Of a DNA stretch of 64,000 nt, positions 40,601-50,031 are shown in pieces. Position 1 is the first letter of the stretch; each line of letters begins with the position of its first letter. Below the pieces are notes generated by a model. It made no database searches and had not been told where the DNA came from. It saw nothing but the letters and a program-made list of their open reading frames with translations. The position numbers and the translations under genes were made by a program. The stretch covers positions 1,824,001 through 1,888,000 of the forward strand of contig OY759729.1 in the NCBI GenBank assembly GCA_963662585.1, given 5' to 3'. This DNA comes from Candidatus Cloacimonadales bacterium. Lineage in GTDB: Bacteria; Cloacimonadota; Cloacimonadia; Cloacimonadales; JAFGVF01.

Positions 40601-41845
40601 TCTCCTGAAGAGAATTTAATGCGTGCTTTATTCGGCGACAGAGCTGGAGATTATACTAATAGTTCATTGAAAGCAAAACCTGGAATGGAAGGTGTTGTTC
40701 TTGATGTTAAAGTGTTCTCTCGTTATGAAGACATGATTGAATTTGAGGAAGACCATAAAGCTCAAATAGCTAAACTCAAGAAAGATAATATTGAAAGAAA
40801 GAAAAAAATCGAAGCATTTAAGAAAGAAAAGCTTAGTGAACTCCTTATAGGTGAAGTAGCTAAGAATATCGTTGATTCTAAAGATGGCAGATTTTATATT
40901 CTTTCCGGTAAGAAAATTACAGCATCTGATCTAGAAAAGATTAATTTTACTAGAGTTAATTTAGATGTTGAAATGGTAGCAGATCCTGAGAAATATAGAG
41001 AAATTTACAGAACTGTAGCTTTAAAAGTTAATGAAGCTATGGAAGAGAGCGAAAATATCTATAAAAAATCAAGAGATAGAATTAAACATGGTGATGAACT
41101 TCCTTATGGTGTTCGCAAGATGGTTAAAGTCTATATTGCTAAGAAGAGAAAGATTCAAGTCGGCGATAAGATGGCGGGACGACATGGTAACAAAGGTGTT
41201 ATATCAATCGTAGCCCCAATTGAGGATATGCCATTCATGGGTGATGGTACTCCTGTGGATATCGTATTAAACCCACTTGGTGTTCCTTCTCGTATGAATA
41301 TTGGACAGATCATGGAGACTCACCTTGGTATGGCAGCAAAATCTTTAGGATTCCATGTGGAAACACCTATTTTTGATGGTGCTAAAATTGAAGATATTGA
41401 AGCTGAACTTAGAGAAGCTAATTTACCTACTGATGGTAAACAAGTCTTATATGATGGAAAAACTGGTGAGCCTTTCAAAGAGAGAGTTACAGTTGGTGTT
41501 ATGTATATGATGAAACTTAATCATTTGGTAGCAGATAAGATGCATGCCAGATCAACAGGACCATATTCATTAATTACTCAACAACCTCTTGGCGGTAAAG
41601 CACAACATGGTGGACAGCGTCTCGGAGAGATGGAGGTATGGGCTTTAGAAGCTTATGGTGCCGCTCATCTTCTAGAAGAGATGTTAACTATCAAATCTGA
41701 TGATGTTGATGGAAGAACTAATGCTTTTAAAGCAATAACAAATGGACAGAATCCACCTGCTCCAGGTACTCCTGAATCATTTAATGTCTTAATTAGTGAA
41801 TTAAAGTCTCTTGCTTTTGATATAGAGTTCTTGAAAGATGAGTAG
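37601..41845 (+). CDS. rpoB: RNA polymerase beta subunit (TTG start) with lineage-specific insertions
   Basis: SQFMDQTN, RRLSALGPGG, GDKMAGRHGNKG, GQRLGEME. Confidence 0.99.
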   Translation: MKKFKSYSRISKKFIELGIPQVEVPNLLSMQVDSFEDFIQKDVHPQQRKNFGLQAVFENLFPITDPKENYELEFVEYRILKEKYSIDECIERNLSYQVPLKIKLRLKVYEVEEDENFDIIVESVGSNVNDVKQFLITGLNWDEVSATNILEAVETNEDTNRIINSCDEAEDAKQILNTLKTFGVTGRIQKRIDKTRTLRDIMEQEVFLGDIPLITEQGTFVINGAERVIISQLQRSPGVYFSEEKHPSGKMLISSKIIPYNGSWLEFHIDIHDVVYVNIDKRRKLPVSILLRSVGYIPENYTEIPEARETLRLSDEKGNVSLKAKNSYSYFDIYDPREGHEDKLIVSAKTKLNNELVEELLSVGIIEIDTISNKYISTDRVLRDVFYDIEEMPLDKADKRFTAYEIIGSDGVLLAEANTQIDKDLITELTEKGIKTVKVVSEDSDFNRKILEKTLLKDPSRNQEEAAQKIYSLVRPGEDEVPIENAMDLIDKMFFNSKRYNLGNVGRHKLNAKLDFEHDYGTNVLTQRDFTEIIQYMISIFKDEKDVDDIDHLANRRVRTVGELLEEQYKTGLSMIARIALERMAIANPDEVTVHDLINSNALITVIDSFFLTGQLSQFMDQTNPLSALTHKRRLSALGPGGLARDRAGFEVRDIHYSHYGRICPIETPEGPSIGLLNSPAIYSRINEFGFLETPYIKVENGVITSRVDYLDAHEEDKYIIAQHVNIDDNLVITDKYVFCREKDEYVNVTPEQIDYIDVSPQQVVSVSAALVPFLEHDDANRALMGSNMQRQSVPLLNPQTPIIGTGIEKIVARESGAVVLAQYDGEVTSVTSEYIDIKPDSTTDNIDLIGDERIYLKKYVRSNQDTCINQRPIVSIGDKVKKGQPISDGPGVEGDRLALGTNMVVAFMPWYGFNYEDAIILSEHVARKDTLTSIYIEELEVLVRDLKNGKEELASDIPNVPVNSLRNLDKSGIIRVGSVITAGDIIVGKITPKSVEIDPSPEENLMRALFGDRAGDYTNSSLKAKPGMEGVVLDVKVFSRYEDMIEFEEDHKAQIAKLKKDNIERKKKIEAFKKEKLSELLIGEVAKNIVDSKDGRFYILSGKKITASDLEKINFTRVNLDVEMVADPEKYREIYRTVALKVNEAMEESENIYKKSRDRIKHGDELPYGVRKMVKVYIAKKRKIQVGDKMAGRHGNKGVISIVAPIEDMPFMGDGTPVDIVLNPLGVPSRMNIGQIMETHLGMAAKSLGFHVETPIFDGAKIEDIEAELREANLPTDGKQVLYDGKTGEPFKERVTVGVMYMMKLNHLVADKMHARSTGPYSLITQQPLGGKAQHGGQRLGEMEVWALEAYGAAHLLEEMLTIKSDDVDGRTNAFKAITNGQNPPAPGTPESFNVLISELKSLAFDIEFLKDE

Positions 41846-41877
41846 AAATCGTTGGAACAGAAACGGAGGATTTCTCA

Positions 41878-44800
41878 GTGAATAGAAACATTAAACGAGA
41901 AAAAAAGATAGAAAATTATGATGCCGTTCGTATTCGTATTGCCTCTCCTGATGCAATAAGAAGTTGGTCTTATGGAGAAGTTGTCAAACCTGACACCTTA
42001 AACTACCGTACACTAAAACCGGAGAAAGATGGTCTTTTCTGTGAAAGAATATTTGGACCGGAAAAAGATTACGAATGCTCATGTGGAAAGTATAAGAAAA
42101 AAAGATTTGCCGGAACTATTTGTGACCGTTGTGGAGTTGAAGTAACTTCATCAAGAGTGAGAAGAACAAGAATGGGACATATTGAATTAGCTGTTCCTGT
42201 TGCTCATATCTCTTTTGTTAAGAGTGCTCCAAGTAAAATTGGTACTCTCTTAGGGCTCACAATTAGTAATTTGGAGAAAATCTTAGTCTATGAATCTTAT
42301 GTTGTCTTGAATCCAGGTGAACAAGATTATCAAGTAGGTGAGCTTATTGATACAGAAGAATTTTATGAAGTTCGTGATCAAGTATCACGAGACACAGAAT
42401 TCTCTGCAAAAATAGGTGCTGAAGCTGTTAAAGAGATGCTTCAAGCCTTAAATCTTGATGATATTGCTGCTGATTTAAGAACCCGTATCAAATGGGAAAC
42501 ATCTACTATGCGTAAGCAAAAGATGATTAAGCGTCTCAAAGTTGTAGAAGCTTTCAGACAATCAGGCAACAGACCTGAATGGATGATTTTAGAAGTATTA
42601 CCAGTACTTCCTCCTACCTTAAGACCATTAGTTCCTCTTGATGGTGGAAGATTCGCCACAGCTGACTTTAATGATTTATATAGAAGAGTTATAACAAGAA
42701 ATAATAGATTAAAAGGTCTGATAGAAATCAGAGCCCCCGAGGTGATTCTTAGAAATGAAAAGAGAATGCTTCAGGAAGCTGTTGATGCTTTAATAGATAA
42801 CTCTAAAAAAGCTAGACCAGTTAAGGGTAGAGGAAACAGAGCTCTTAAGAGTCTTACTGATCAACTTAAAGGTAAGCAAGGTCGTTTCCGTCAAAACCTT
42901 CTTGGTAAGCGTGTAGATTACTCTGGCCGTTCAGTTATTACAGTTGGACCACACTTAAAAATCTACGAAATGGGTTTACCAAAAGAAATGGCTGTTGAAT
43001 TATTCAAACCTTTCATTATTGAAAGATTAGAAAAAATGGGAACAGCAGAGAAGACCAAAACAGCTAAGAAGATGGTTGAGAAGAAACAACCTGAAATCTG
43101 GAAAATCTTAGAAGAAGTTGTTAGAGATTATCCAGTTATGCTTAATAGAGCTCCTACTCTTCATAGATTAGGTATTCAAGCTTTTATGCCAGTATTAACT
43201 GAAGGAAAGTCTTTACAATTGCATCCAATGGTTTGTACACCATTTAATGCTGACTTTGATGGTGACCAGATGGGTTGCTATATCCCTCTATCTCAGGAAG
43301 CTAGAATGGAAGCTCGTGTCTTGATGTTATCTTCAAGAAACTTGTTACTTCCTGCCAGTGGACGCCTCGCTATGGCTCCTTCTCAAGATATCGTGCTTGG
43401 TTGCTTCTATTTAACAATGGAAGGAAGTCCTGAGCCCAAAGAAGAAGAAGCTGTAAGAAAACTCAAGTGGTTCGGAAGTGTAGAAGAGATGGTTAATCAC
43501 TACGAACAAGAAGAAATGCTCTATGATCAAAAGAGAAATTCTGAAGAGAGAAGATTAGTAGACATTGGCATGAGAACCTTAAATCTTCACACTTGGATTA
43601 GAATTAAAATTAAAGATAAATGGGTTGTAACTACAGTTGGTAGAGTGCTATTTAATTTAGCATTACCTATAGAGATCCCATTCCAAAATAAAGTATTTGA
43701 TAAAGGTTCATTGAATGACATCGCTATGGATTGCTTCCACAAAGTAGGACAATGGGAAACTGCTATCTTCTTAGATAAGATGAAAGAAACAGGTTTCAAA
43801 TATGCTACTCGGGCAGGAATTACCTTTAGTTTTGGTGATATCATTGTTCCTAAAAAGAAATACGAAATTATTGAAAATACTCAAAAAGTAGTTGATGAAA
43901 TAAACGACACTTATAATATGGGTGTAATCACTGATAATGAGCGCTCTTCTCGTATCGTTGATAGCTGGAAGATTGCTACTGAAGAAGTTACTGATAGTCT
44001 AATGGATGAGTTGAAAATTAGTGAAGGTGGATATAACTCAATCTATATGATGTATCTATCCGGAGCTCGTGGTAGTAAGACTCAGATTAAACAGCTTGGT
44101 GGTATGCGTGGTCTAATGGACAAACCTTCTGCTAAGGGTGGTGGAAACGAAGTTATTGAAACACCAATTAAATCTAACTTTAAAGAAGGTTTAAGTGTGT
44201 TGGAATTCTTCATCTCTACTCATGGTTCTAGAAAAGGTCTTGCTGATACTGCCCTTAAAACTGCTGGTGCTGGTTACTTAACTAGAAGATTAGTTGATGT
44301 TGCTCAGAATGCTATGATTGTTGAAGATGACTGTGGTACCATTGATGGTATTATCATGTCAGCTTTGAAAGAAGGTAACGAAGTTATCGAATCCTTGAAA
44401 GATAGAATTGCTGGTAGAACTGCTGTTGATGATGTTGAAGATCCACGCACAGGACAAATTATTGTTCATGCTGGTGAAGAGATATCAACAGATATGGCAG
44501 AAGTAATTCAGAAACATGGTGTTTTAAGTGTTAGAGTTAGATCAGTGTTGACTTGTCAATCTGAGAAAGGTATTTGTGCTAAATGTTATGGTATAAATCT
44601 TTCAACTCACAAGCCGGTTGCAGCTGGAGAACCTGTTGGTATTATCGCTGCTCAATCAATCGGTGAACCAGGTACTCAGCTTACTCTAAGAACATTCCAT
44701 ATCGGTGGTACTGCTTCTACTGATGTTGACTCAGCTGCTGTTGAAGCTAAAAATGACGGTTATATCAAATTTGAAAATGTTCAATTTGTTGTAAATAGCC

Positions 44801-46623
44801 AAGGTCAAATGATATCTTCATCTCACTTGGGTAAACTCTTCGTAGTTCCAGAACCTGATTCTGAGTTAATCTTAGAAGAGTATAAAGTTGAATATGCAGC
44901 AATTATAGAAATCAAAGATGGACAAAAAGTTGTTGCTAGTACAAAGTTATTTAGTTGGGATCAGTATAATAATACTCTTATTTCAACTGTTAAAGGTGTT
45001 CTCTATTATGATAACTTCGTTAAGAATGTTACCTATAAAGAAGAATTTAACGATTTAACAGGAAGTAAAGAAATTACTATAATTGAATCCAAAGATAGAA
45101 TTCAACCACAGTTTAAAATTGAGACTGATGATGGACAAACAGTGTTAGTTCCTCTGCAAACTGGTCTTAATGTCTTGGTTGATGACGGGGAAACTGTCCA
45201 AGTTGGTCAAAAAATCGGACAGACATCTCGTGTTACTATTAAGCAAGGTGATATTACTGGTGGTCTTCCTCGTGTTGAAGATCTCTTTGAAGCAAGAATT
45301 CCTAAAGAAAAAGCTGTTATCTCTGAAATTGAGGGAAGAATCTCAATCGGTAACTTAAAGCGTAATGGTCGTGATATCTTTATCACTCCACCTACAGGAA
45401 TCTTTGCCTTAGAAGACGGCGTAATGCAAGTTGTTGATGATCTACCAATGATTTCAACAAGCAATATTATTAAGTCTGGTAATGAAACTTTGTCTCCTGT
45501 TACTGGAAATATTATTTGCATAGAGATAGACGGTAAGTTAGCTAAAGTCTCTATAAAAGATGATGAAGGTAATATCAGTATAGTAGAATGCGAAGATGGT
45601 CAAGATATCGGATTAATAACCTATATTGGTCAAAGAATTCAACAGAATGACGCCATTGCTGGTTCTAAGGCTGTTGCACCTACTATAAGGATTATTCCTA
45701 GTTCAGGTGTTAAATCTAAGAGTGCTGGAAAAGTAACTAAAATTGAAAAAGTTGATGATGGCTACCAAGTAACTGTTGAACCTAAATCTACCCGTAAAAC
45801 AAGTGTAGATGTTTACACTATAAGTGATGGTCATAAGCCATTTAATCTTCTGGGAAACAATGTTAAAAAGGGCGATGTCCTTGGTGGATTCGTTCACTAC
45901 ATTGCATCTGGACAAGAGGCTATCTTACCAAGTGGAACAAAGATCACAAGTGGTCAGGCATTAGCAGGTAGAAACCATGTTATTCCTATCGGTAAGAGAA
46001 TTATTATTCACGAAGGTGATAATGTTCATTCAGGTACTGCTCTTTGTGATGGTCCTATCGATCCTCACGATATTCTTAGAATTCGCGGTATTAAAGAATC
46101 TCAAAAACTTATCTTAGATGAAATTCAAGAAGTTTATCGTAAACAAGGTGTTAAAATCGATGATAAACACATCGGTGTGATTGTAAGACAGATGTTCAAG
46201 AAAGTAAAAATTCTTGATCCTGGTGATACTTATTTCCTTGAAGGAGATACTATTGACAAGCTTATTGCTATGAAAGAAAATGCGAAACAAGAAGCTTTAG
46301 GTGGCAAAGGTGCTACATTCGAACAACTTCTTCTCGGCATTACTAAAACTTCTTTGTTGACAGAATCATGGCTTTCAGCAGCTTCGTTCATGGAGACTAC
46401 TAAGGTCCTCACTCAAGCTGCCGTAGAAGGCAAGGTAGATAACTTAGAAGGTCTTAAAGAAAGCATTATTCTTGGTCACAAAATTCCTGTTGGTACTGGC
46501 TCAAAGTTCTATACCAGCAAGATCAAGGAACTAGAAAATAGCGGCAAAACGGTTGCCGAAATGGTTGAGCACTTAGCTCACGAAACTGATGACGAGTCTA
46601 TGGAAGACTTGTTAGATTTTTAA
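41878..46623 (+). CDS. rpoC: RNA polymerase beta' subunit (GTG start), 1581 aa, with large insertions
   Basis: N-terminal Zn finger, NADFDGD, SIGEPGTQLTLRTFH, DITGGLPRV. Confidence 0.99.
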   Translation: MNRNIKREKKIENYDAVRIRIASPDAIRSWSYGEVVKPDTLNYRTLKPEKDGLFCERIFGPEKDYECSCGKYKKKRFAGTICDRCGVEVTSSRVRRTRMGHIELAVPVAHISFVKSAPSKIGTLLGLTISNLEKILVYESYVVLNPGEQDYQVGELIDTEEFYEVRDQVSRDTEFSAKIGAEAVKEMLQALNLDDIAADLRTRIKWETSTMRKQKMIKRLKVVEAFRQSGNRPEWMILEVLPVLPPTLRPLVPLDGGRFATADFNDLYRRVITRNNRLKGLIEIRAPEVILRNEKRMLQEAVDALIDNSKKARPVKGRGNRALKSLTDQLKGKQGRFRQNLLGKRVDYSGRSVITVGPHLKIYEMGLPKEMAVELFKPFIIERLEKMGTAEKTKTAKKMVEKKQPEIWKILEEVVRDYPVMLNRAPTLHRLGIQAFMPVLTEGKSLQLHPMVCTPFNADFDGDQMGCYIPLSQEARMEARVLMLSSRNLLLPASGRLAMAPSQDIVLGCFYLTMEGSPEPKEEEAVRKLKWFGSVEEMVNHYEQEEMLYDQKRNSEERRLVDIGMRTLNLHTWIRIKIKDKWVVTTVGRVLFNLALPIEIPFQNKVFDKGSLNDIAMDCFHKVGQWETAIFLDKMKETGFKYATRAGITFSFGDIIVPKKKYEIIENTQKVVDEINDTYNMGVITDNERSSRIVDSWKIATEEVTDSLMDELKISEGGYNSIYMMYLSGARGSKTQIKQLGGMRGLMDKPSAKGGGNEVIETPIKSNFKEGLSVLEFFISTHGSRKGLADTALKTAGAGYLTRRLVDVAQNAMIVEDDCGTIDGIIMSALKEGNEVIESLKDRIAGRTAVDDVEDPRTGQIIVHAGEEISTDMAEVIQKHGVLSVRVRSVLTCQSEKGICAKCYGINLSTHKPVAAGEPVGIIAAQSIGEPGTQLTLRTFHIGGTASTDVDSAAVEAKNDGYIKFENVQFVVNSQGQMISSSHLGKLFVVPEPDSELILEEYKVEYAAIIEIKDGQKVVASTKLFSWDQYNNTLISTVKGVLYYDNFVKNVTYKEEFNDLTGSKEITIIESKDRIQPQFKIETDDGQTVLVPLQTGLNVLVDDGETVQVGQKIGQTSRVTIKQGDITGGLPRVEDLFEARIPKEKAVISEIEGRISIGNLKRNGRDIFITPPTGIFALEDGVMQVVDDLPMISTSNIIKSGNETLSPVTGNIICIEIDGKLAKVSIKDDEGNISIVECEDGQDIGLITYIGQRIQQNDAIAGSKAVAPTIRIIPSSGVKSKSAGKVTKIEKVDDGYQVTVEPKSTRKTSVDVYTISDGHKPFNLLGNNVKKGDVLGGFVHYIASGQEAILPSGTKITSGQALAGRNHVIPIGKRIIIHEGDNVHSGTALCDGPIDPHDILRIRGIKESQKLILDEIQEVYRKQGVKIDDKHIGVIVRQMFKKVKILDPGDTYFLEGDTIDKLIAMKENAKQEALGGKGATFEQLLLGITKTSLLTESWLSAASFMETTKVLTQAAVEGKVDNLEGLKESIILGHKIPVGTGSKFYTSKIKELENSGKTVAEMVEHLAHETDDESMEDLLDF

Positions 46624-46642
46624 TAAAGGATGGAGGTAGATT

Positions 46643-47020
46643 GTGCCTACAATTAACCAGTTAATTAGAAAAGGAAGAAAAACGGTTGAAAAAAGAAAAA
46701 ACAACCGTGCATTAAATGAGTGCCCACAGAGAAGGGGTGTTTGTACAAGAGTGTACACAACAACACCTAAGAAACCTAACTCAGCGTTGCGTAAAGTTGC
46801 TCGTGTTCGTTTATCAAATGGTATCGAAGTTACTGCTTATATACCAGGTGAAGGTCATAACTTACAAGAGCATTCACTTGTATTAGTTCGTGGTGGTCGT
46901 GTAAAGGATTTACCTGGTGTGAGATATCACATCGTTCGTGGAACCTTAGACTGTTCAGGTGTTGAAAACAGAACTAACTCTCGTTCTAAATATGGAACAA
47001 GACGACCAAAGAAAAAATAG
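46643..47020 (+). CDS. rpsL: 30S ribosomal protein S12
   Basis: [27 protein letters not shown]. Confidence 0.99.
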   Translation: MPTINQLIRKGRKTVEKRKNNRALNECPQRRGVCTRVYTTTPKKPNSALRKVARVRLSNGIEVTAYIPGEGHNLQEHSLVLVRGGRVKDLPGVRYHIVRGTLDCSGVENRTNSRSKYGTRRPKKK

Positions 47021-47029
47021 GAGTAAGAT

Positions 47030-47500
47030 ATGCCAAGAAAACGCAAAGCCATAGAAAGAACAGTATTACCTGATCCAAAATATAATGATGTAATACTTAG
47101 TAAGTTCATCAACGGTGTTATGTCACATGGAAAGAAATCCATTGCAGAACAGATTGTTTATGGAGCATTTGAAATTATCGAAGCTAAATTGAAAAAAGAT
47201 CCTCTAGAGGTATTTAGAGAAGCTTTAACAAACGCAAGACCTCTTGTAAAAGTTACTTCTCGTCGTGTTGGTGGTGCTAACTACCAAGTACCTGAAGAAG
47301 TTTCTGAAAAAGCAGGAAGAGCTATTGCTTTCAGATGGATTATCTCAGTTGCTCGTGGTCGTAATGAGAAAAACATGAGAGATAAATTAGCTGCAGAGTT
47401 AATGGCTATCTATAAAAAAGAGGGTTCTACTATCAAGAAAAGAGAAGATACCCACAAAATGGCTGAAGCTAACAAAGCTTTTGCTCACTTAAGATTCTAA
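47030..47500 (+). CDS. rpsG: 30S ribosomal protein S7
   Basis: PDPKY, RRVGGANYQVP, HKMAEANKAFAH. Confidence 0.99.
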   Translation: MPRKRKAIERTVLPDPKYNDVILSKFINGVMSHGKKSIAEQIVYGAFEIIEAKLKKDPLEVFREALTNARPLVKVTSRRVGGANYQVPEEVSEKAGRAIAFRWIISVARGRNEKNMRDKLAAELMAIYKKEGSTIKKREDTHKMAEANKAFAHLRF

Positions 47501-47519
47501 TTTAATTTAGAAATATATT

Positions 47520-47553
47520 AAGCGGAAGAATTTATTCTTCCGCTTTTCTTTTT
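47520..47553 (+). terminator. Intrinsic terminator after rpsG
   Basis: AAGCGGAAGAA ttta TTCTTCCGCTT then TTCTTTTT. Confidence 0.85.
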
Positions 47554-47798
47554 GGTCATTAATATTTTAATAGACTTCTTTCCTTATAAGCTCACTTGGT
47601 TACTCTATGTTCCTTTACTGACAATTCGATGGAAAATCAAATATTTTTCGAAAAGGGTGTGAAAGAGCAGGCTGAGACAGGATGATGAGGAGACACTAAG
47701 GATATAATTATAACTTTAGTTTTGGGATAATACTATTTATCATTGACACAAAATCCTCTAGATTAATGCTAGTAAAAAAAGAGAGTTAGGAGAATAAT

Positions 47799-48212
47799 AT
47801 GGCTAAAATAGAAGCAATTGACTTCAAGAGAAGACGAGCTATTCCTACTAAGTACAAAACCCTCTTAGTTCTATTCTGCATAATAGGAATACTAATTCAC
47901 TCATACTGGAATAAAAAAAGAGTTGAAAGCTTAGTTGTTGATAATGAGACTATTATGTTTGAAGAGATTAATATGCAATCAGTAATAATAAATTTTGCTA
48001 TTTATAATACTACTCAAATTGAAAAATCCGAAAAAGTAAAAATCGAGATTGTTGACCAAAATAACTATCTTGTAACTTCGACAATAAGATATCTGGAATT
48101 TCATAGGGGACAGAATTTATTCACTGAACAGATAAAATTTAAAAGAAGATTCCCTGATATAGAAAAGCGAAGTTTAAGAGCTATAATTTCTATTCATCCT
48201 CGTCGATTATGA
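47799..48212 (+). CDS. Hypothetical single-TM protein
   Basis: AGGAG SD, N-terminal TM segment, beta-rich exported part. Confidence 0.7.
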   Translation: MAKIEAIDFKRRRAIPTKYKTLLVLFCIIGILIHSYWNKKRVESLVVDNETIMFEEINMQSVIINFAIYNTTQIEKSEKVKIEIVDQNNYLVTSTIRYLEFHRGQNLFTEQIKFKRRFPDIEKRSLRAIISIHPRRL

Positions 48213-48377
48213 TATCTAAAATCTTGCAATAGATTAACCTATGGAGCAGGACTAATAAAAGAGAAAAGAGATTCAAGACTAAAGTAAAGAAATATTCCAA
48301 AGAAAATGCCTATTATACCTATTAAGGAATATAATTTGCATTAGTATAAAACTAAAATATTACATTAAGGGAAAAAA

Positions 48378-49559
48378 ATGTCATTTTTGATCTTAGCAAC
48401 TATATTATTAATAGTTTATTGGGTTGTAGAGTACTATATGCATTTAAAAAATGTAAAAAAAGTACCTATAAGGATTCATGTCAATGGAACACGAGGTAAA
48501 TCTAGTGTAACTCGTTTAATAGCAGCTGGTTTTAGGGCTGGTGGTATAAGAACTGTAGCCAAAACAACAGGTACTCTTCCTCGTATTATTCACCCTGATG
48601 GTAGGGAAAGTGCCATTGTTAGGTTAATGGGTGCTAATATTATTGAGCAAAAGTATATTTTCAGAAATACTGTTGCTATGAAACCAGAAGCTATTATCAT
48701 CGAATGCATGGCGGTAAATCCAATTTATCAGTGGATTGTTGAAAGAAGATTAGTAAAAGCATCTACAGGGGTGTTAACAAATGCCAGACTTGACCATACT
48801 GATTTAATGGGAGAGACTGTTGCTGATATTGCGAAAAGTTTATCTAACTTCTTCCCACCAAATAAAGTCTGTTTTACTGCCGAAAATAATGATAAAATAT
48901 TTGCAGTTTTAAATAAGCGAGCAAAAAAATTTGGTACAGATCTACAACAAATTTTACCTAAAGATGTTACTAAAGAAGAACTTCTGGGATTCTCTTATAT
49001 TGAGCATGCTGATAATGTTCAATTGGCTCTTAAAGTTTGTGAAGCTCATGGGATTAAGAGGAGTGTCGCTCTCAAAGGTATGCAAAGTGCAATTCCTGAC
49101 CCTGGTGCATTAACTCAACATAGAGTAGTCGAGGGAAACAAAACTTTGATGTTCTATAATGTTTTTGCAGCTAATGATCCAGCATCTACAGAGTTTTTAT
49201 ATCACAGAATTACCGATCATATTCACGAAGGAACAAAGTTTATTATCTTAAATTCTCGTTCTGATAGGTTCTTCCGTACAGATCAACTTTTAGAAGTATG
49301 CAAAAATGTTGAGTTTGATTATTTATTACTTACTGGTGAATCACCTCAAAAAGCTTATGATCATGCTATTGATTTAGGTATTGAGAAGAAAAAAGTGATT
49401 AAGTTAGGTCAACCTTTGGTACATCAAATTTATGAGAAGATAGTTTCTTTAACAAATAAAGAAGCTCACATAGCAGGTATCGGTAATATTGCCGGTGAAG
49501 TTAAATATGGTGCTCAGATAGTAGCTCATTTTAAACATTTAGAACAGAAACAAAAATAA
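48378..49559 (+). CDS. pgsB: Poly-gamma-glutamate synthase PgsB/CapB
   Basis: RIHVNGTRGKSSVTRLIAAG, KTTG, ANIIEQ, ECMAVNP, DHTDLMG, FAANDP. Confidence 0.93.
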   Translation: MSFLILATILLIVYWVVEYYMHLKNVKKVPIRIHVNGTRGKSSVTRLIAAGFRAGGIRTVAKTTGTLPRIIHPDGRESAIVRLMGANIIEQKYIFRNTVAMKPEAIIIECMAVNPIYQWIVERRLVKASTGVLTNARLDHTDLMGETVADIAKSLSNFFPPNKVCFTAENNDKIFAVLNKRAKKFGTDLQQILPKDVTKEELLGFSYIEHADNVQLALKVCEAHGIKRSVALKGMQSAIPDPGALTQHRVVEGNKTLMFYNVFAANDPASTEFLYHRITDHIHEGTKFIILNSRSDRFFRTDQLLEVCKNVEFDYLLLTGESPQKAYDHAIDLGIEKKKVIKLGQPLVHQIYEKIVSLTNKEAHIAGIGNIAGEVKYGAQIVAHFKHLEQKQK

Positions 49560-49584
49560 TTAATTATATAATAAGGAGAAATTG

Positions 49585-50031
49585 ATGGTCGAGGCTGCCG
49601 TTGGTTTAGGTGTGATTGTAAGTTTAATCTTCACAGAATTATTAGGAGCTTCAGCCGGTGGAATAGTTGTTCCAGGCTACTTAGCTCTCTATTTAGATCG
49701 TCCAGTTCAGATTTTAACGACTTTATTAGTTGCTTTAGCAACTTGGTTGTTAATAAGATTTATTTCCTCTTTTACTATTCTCTATGGAAAAAGAAGAATG
49801 GCATTAAGTATCTTACTTGGCTTTATCTTAGGCTGGTTAGTTACAGGAATGAAACTCAATGTGTTAAGCTTTAATGTTGAATCAGTGGGATATATTATTC
49901 CTGGTTTGATAGCCAACTGGTTAGAAAGACAGGGAGTGGTAAAAACTATGTCAACAATGATTATTGCAGCTGTTTTAGTTAGAATAACTTTAATGGTATT
50001 ATCAGGCGGAGAGGTGAATTTCCATGTTTAG
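49585..50031 (+). CDS. pgsC: Poly-gamma-glutamate biosynthesis protein PgsC/CapC
   Basis: GGIVVPGYLAL, LYGKRR, GYIIPGLIANW..RQG. Confidence 0.92.
   Translation: MVEAAVGLGVIVSLIFTELLGASAGGIVVPGYLALYLDRPVQILTTLLVALATWLLIRFISSFTILYGKRRMALSILLGFILGWLVTGMKLNVLSFNVESVGYIIPGLIANWLERQGVVKTMSTMIIAAVLVRITLMVLSGGEVNFHV

Noticed and set aside
47560..47740. Possible ncRNA or gene remnant after the rpsG terminator
   Set aside because: No convincing structure, ORF or match to the other repeats could be found by eye.
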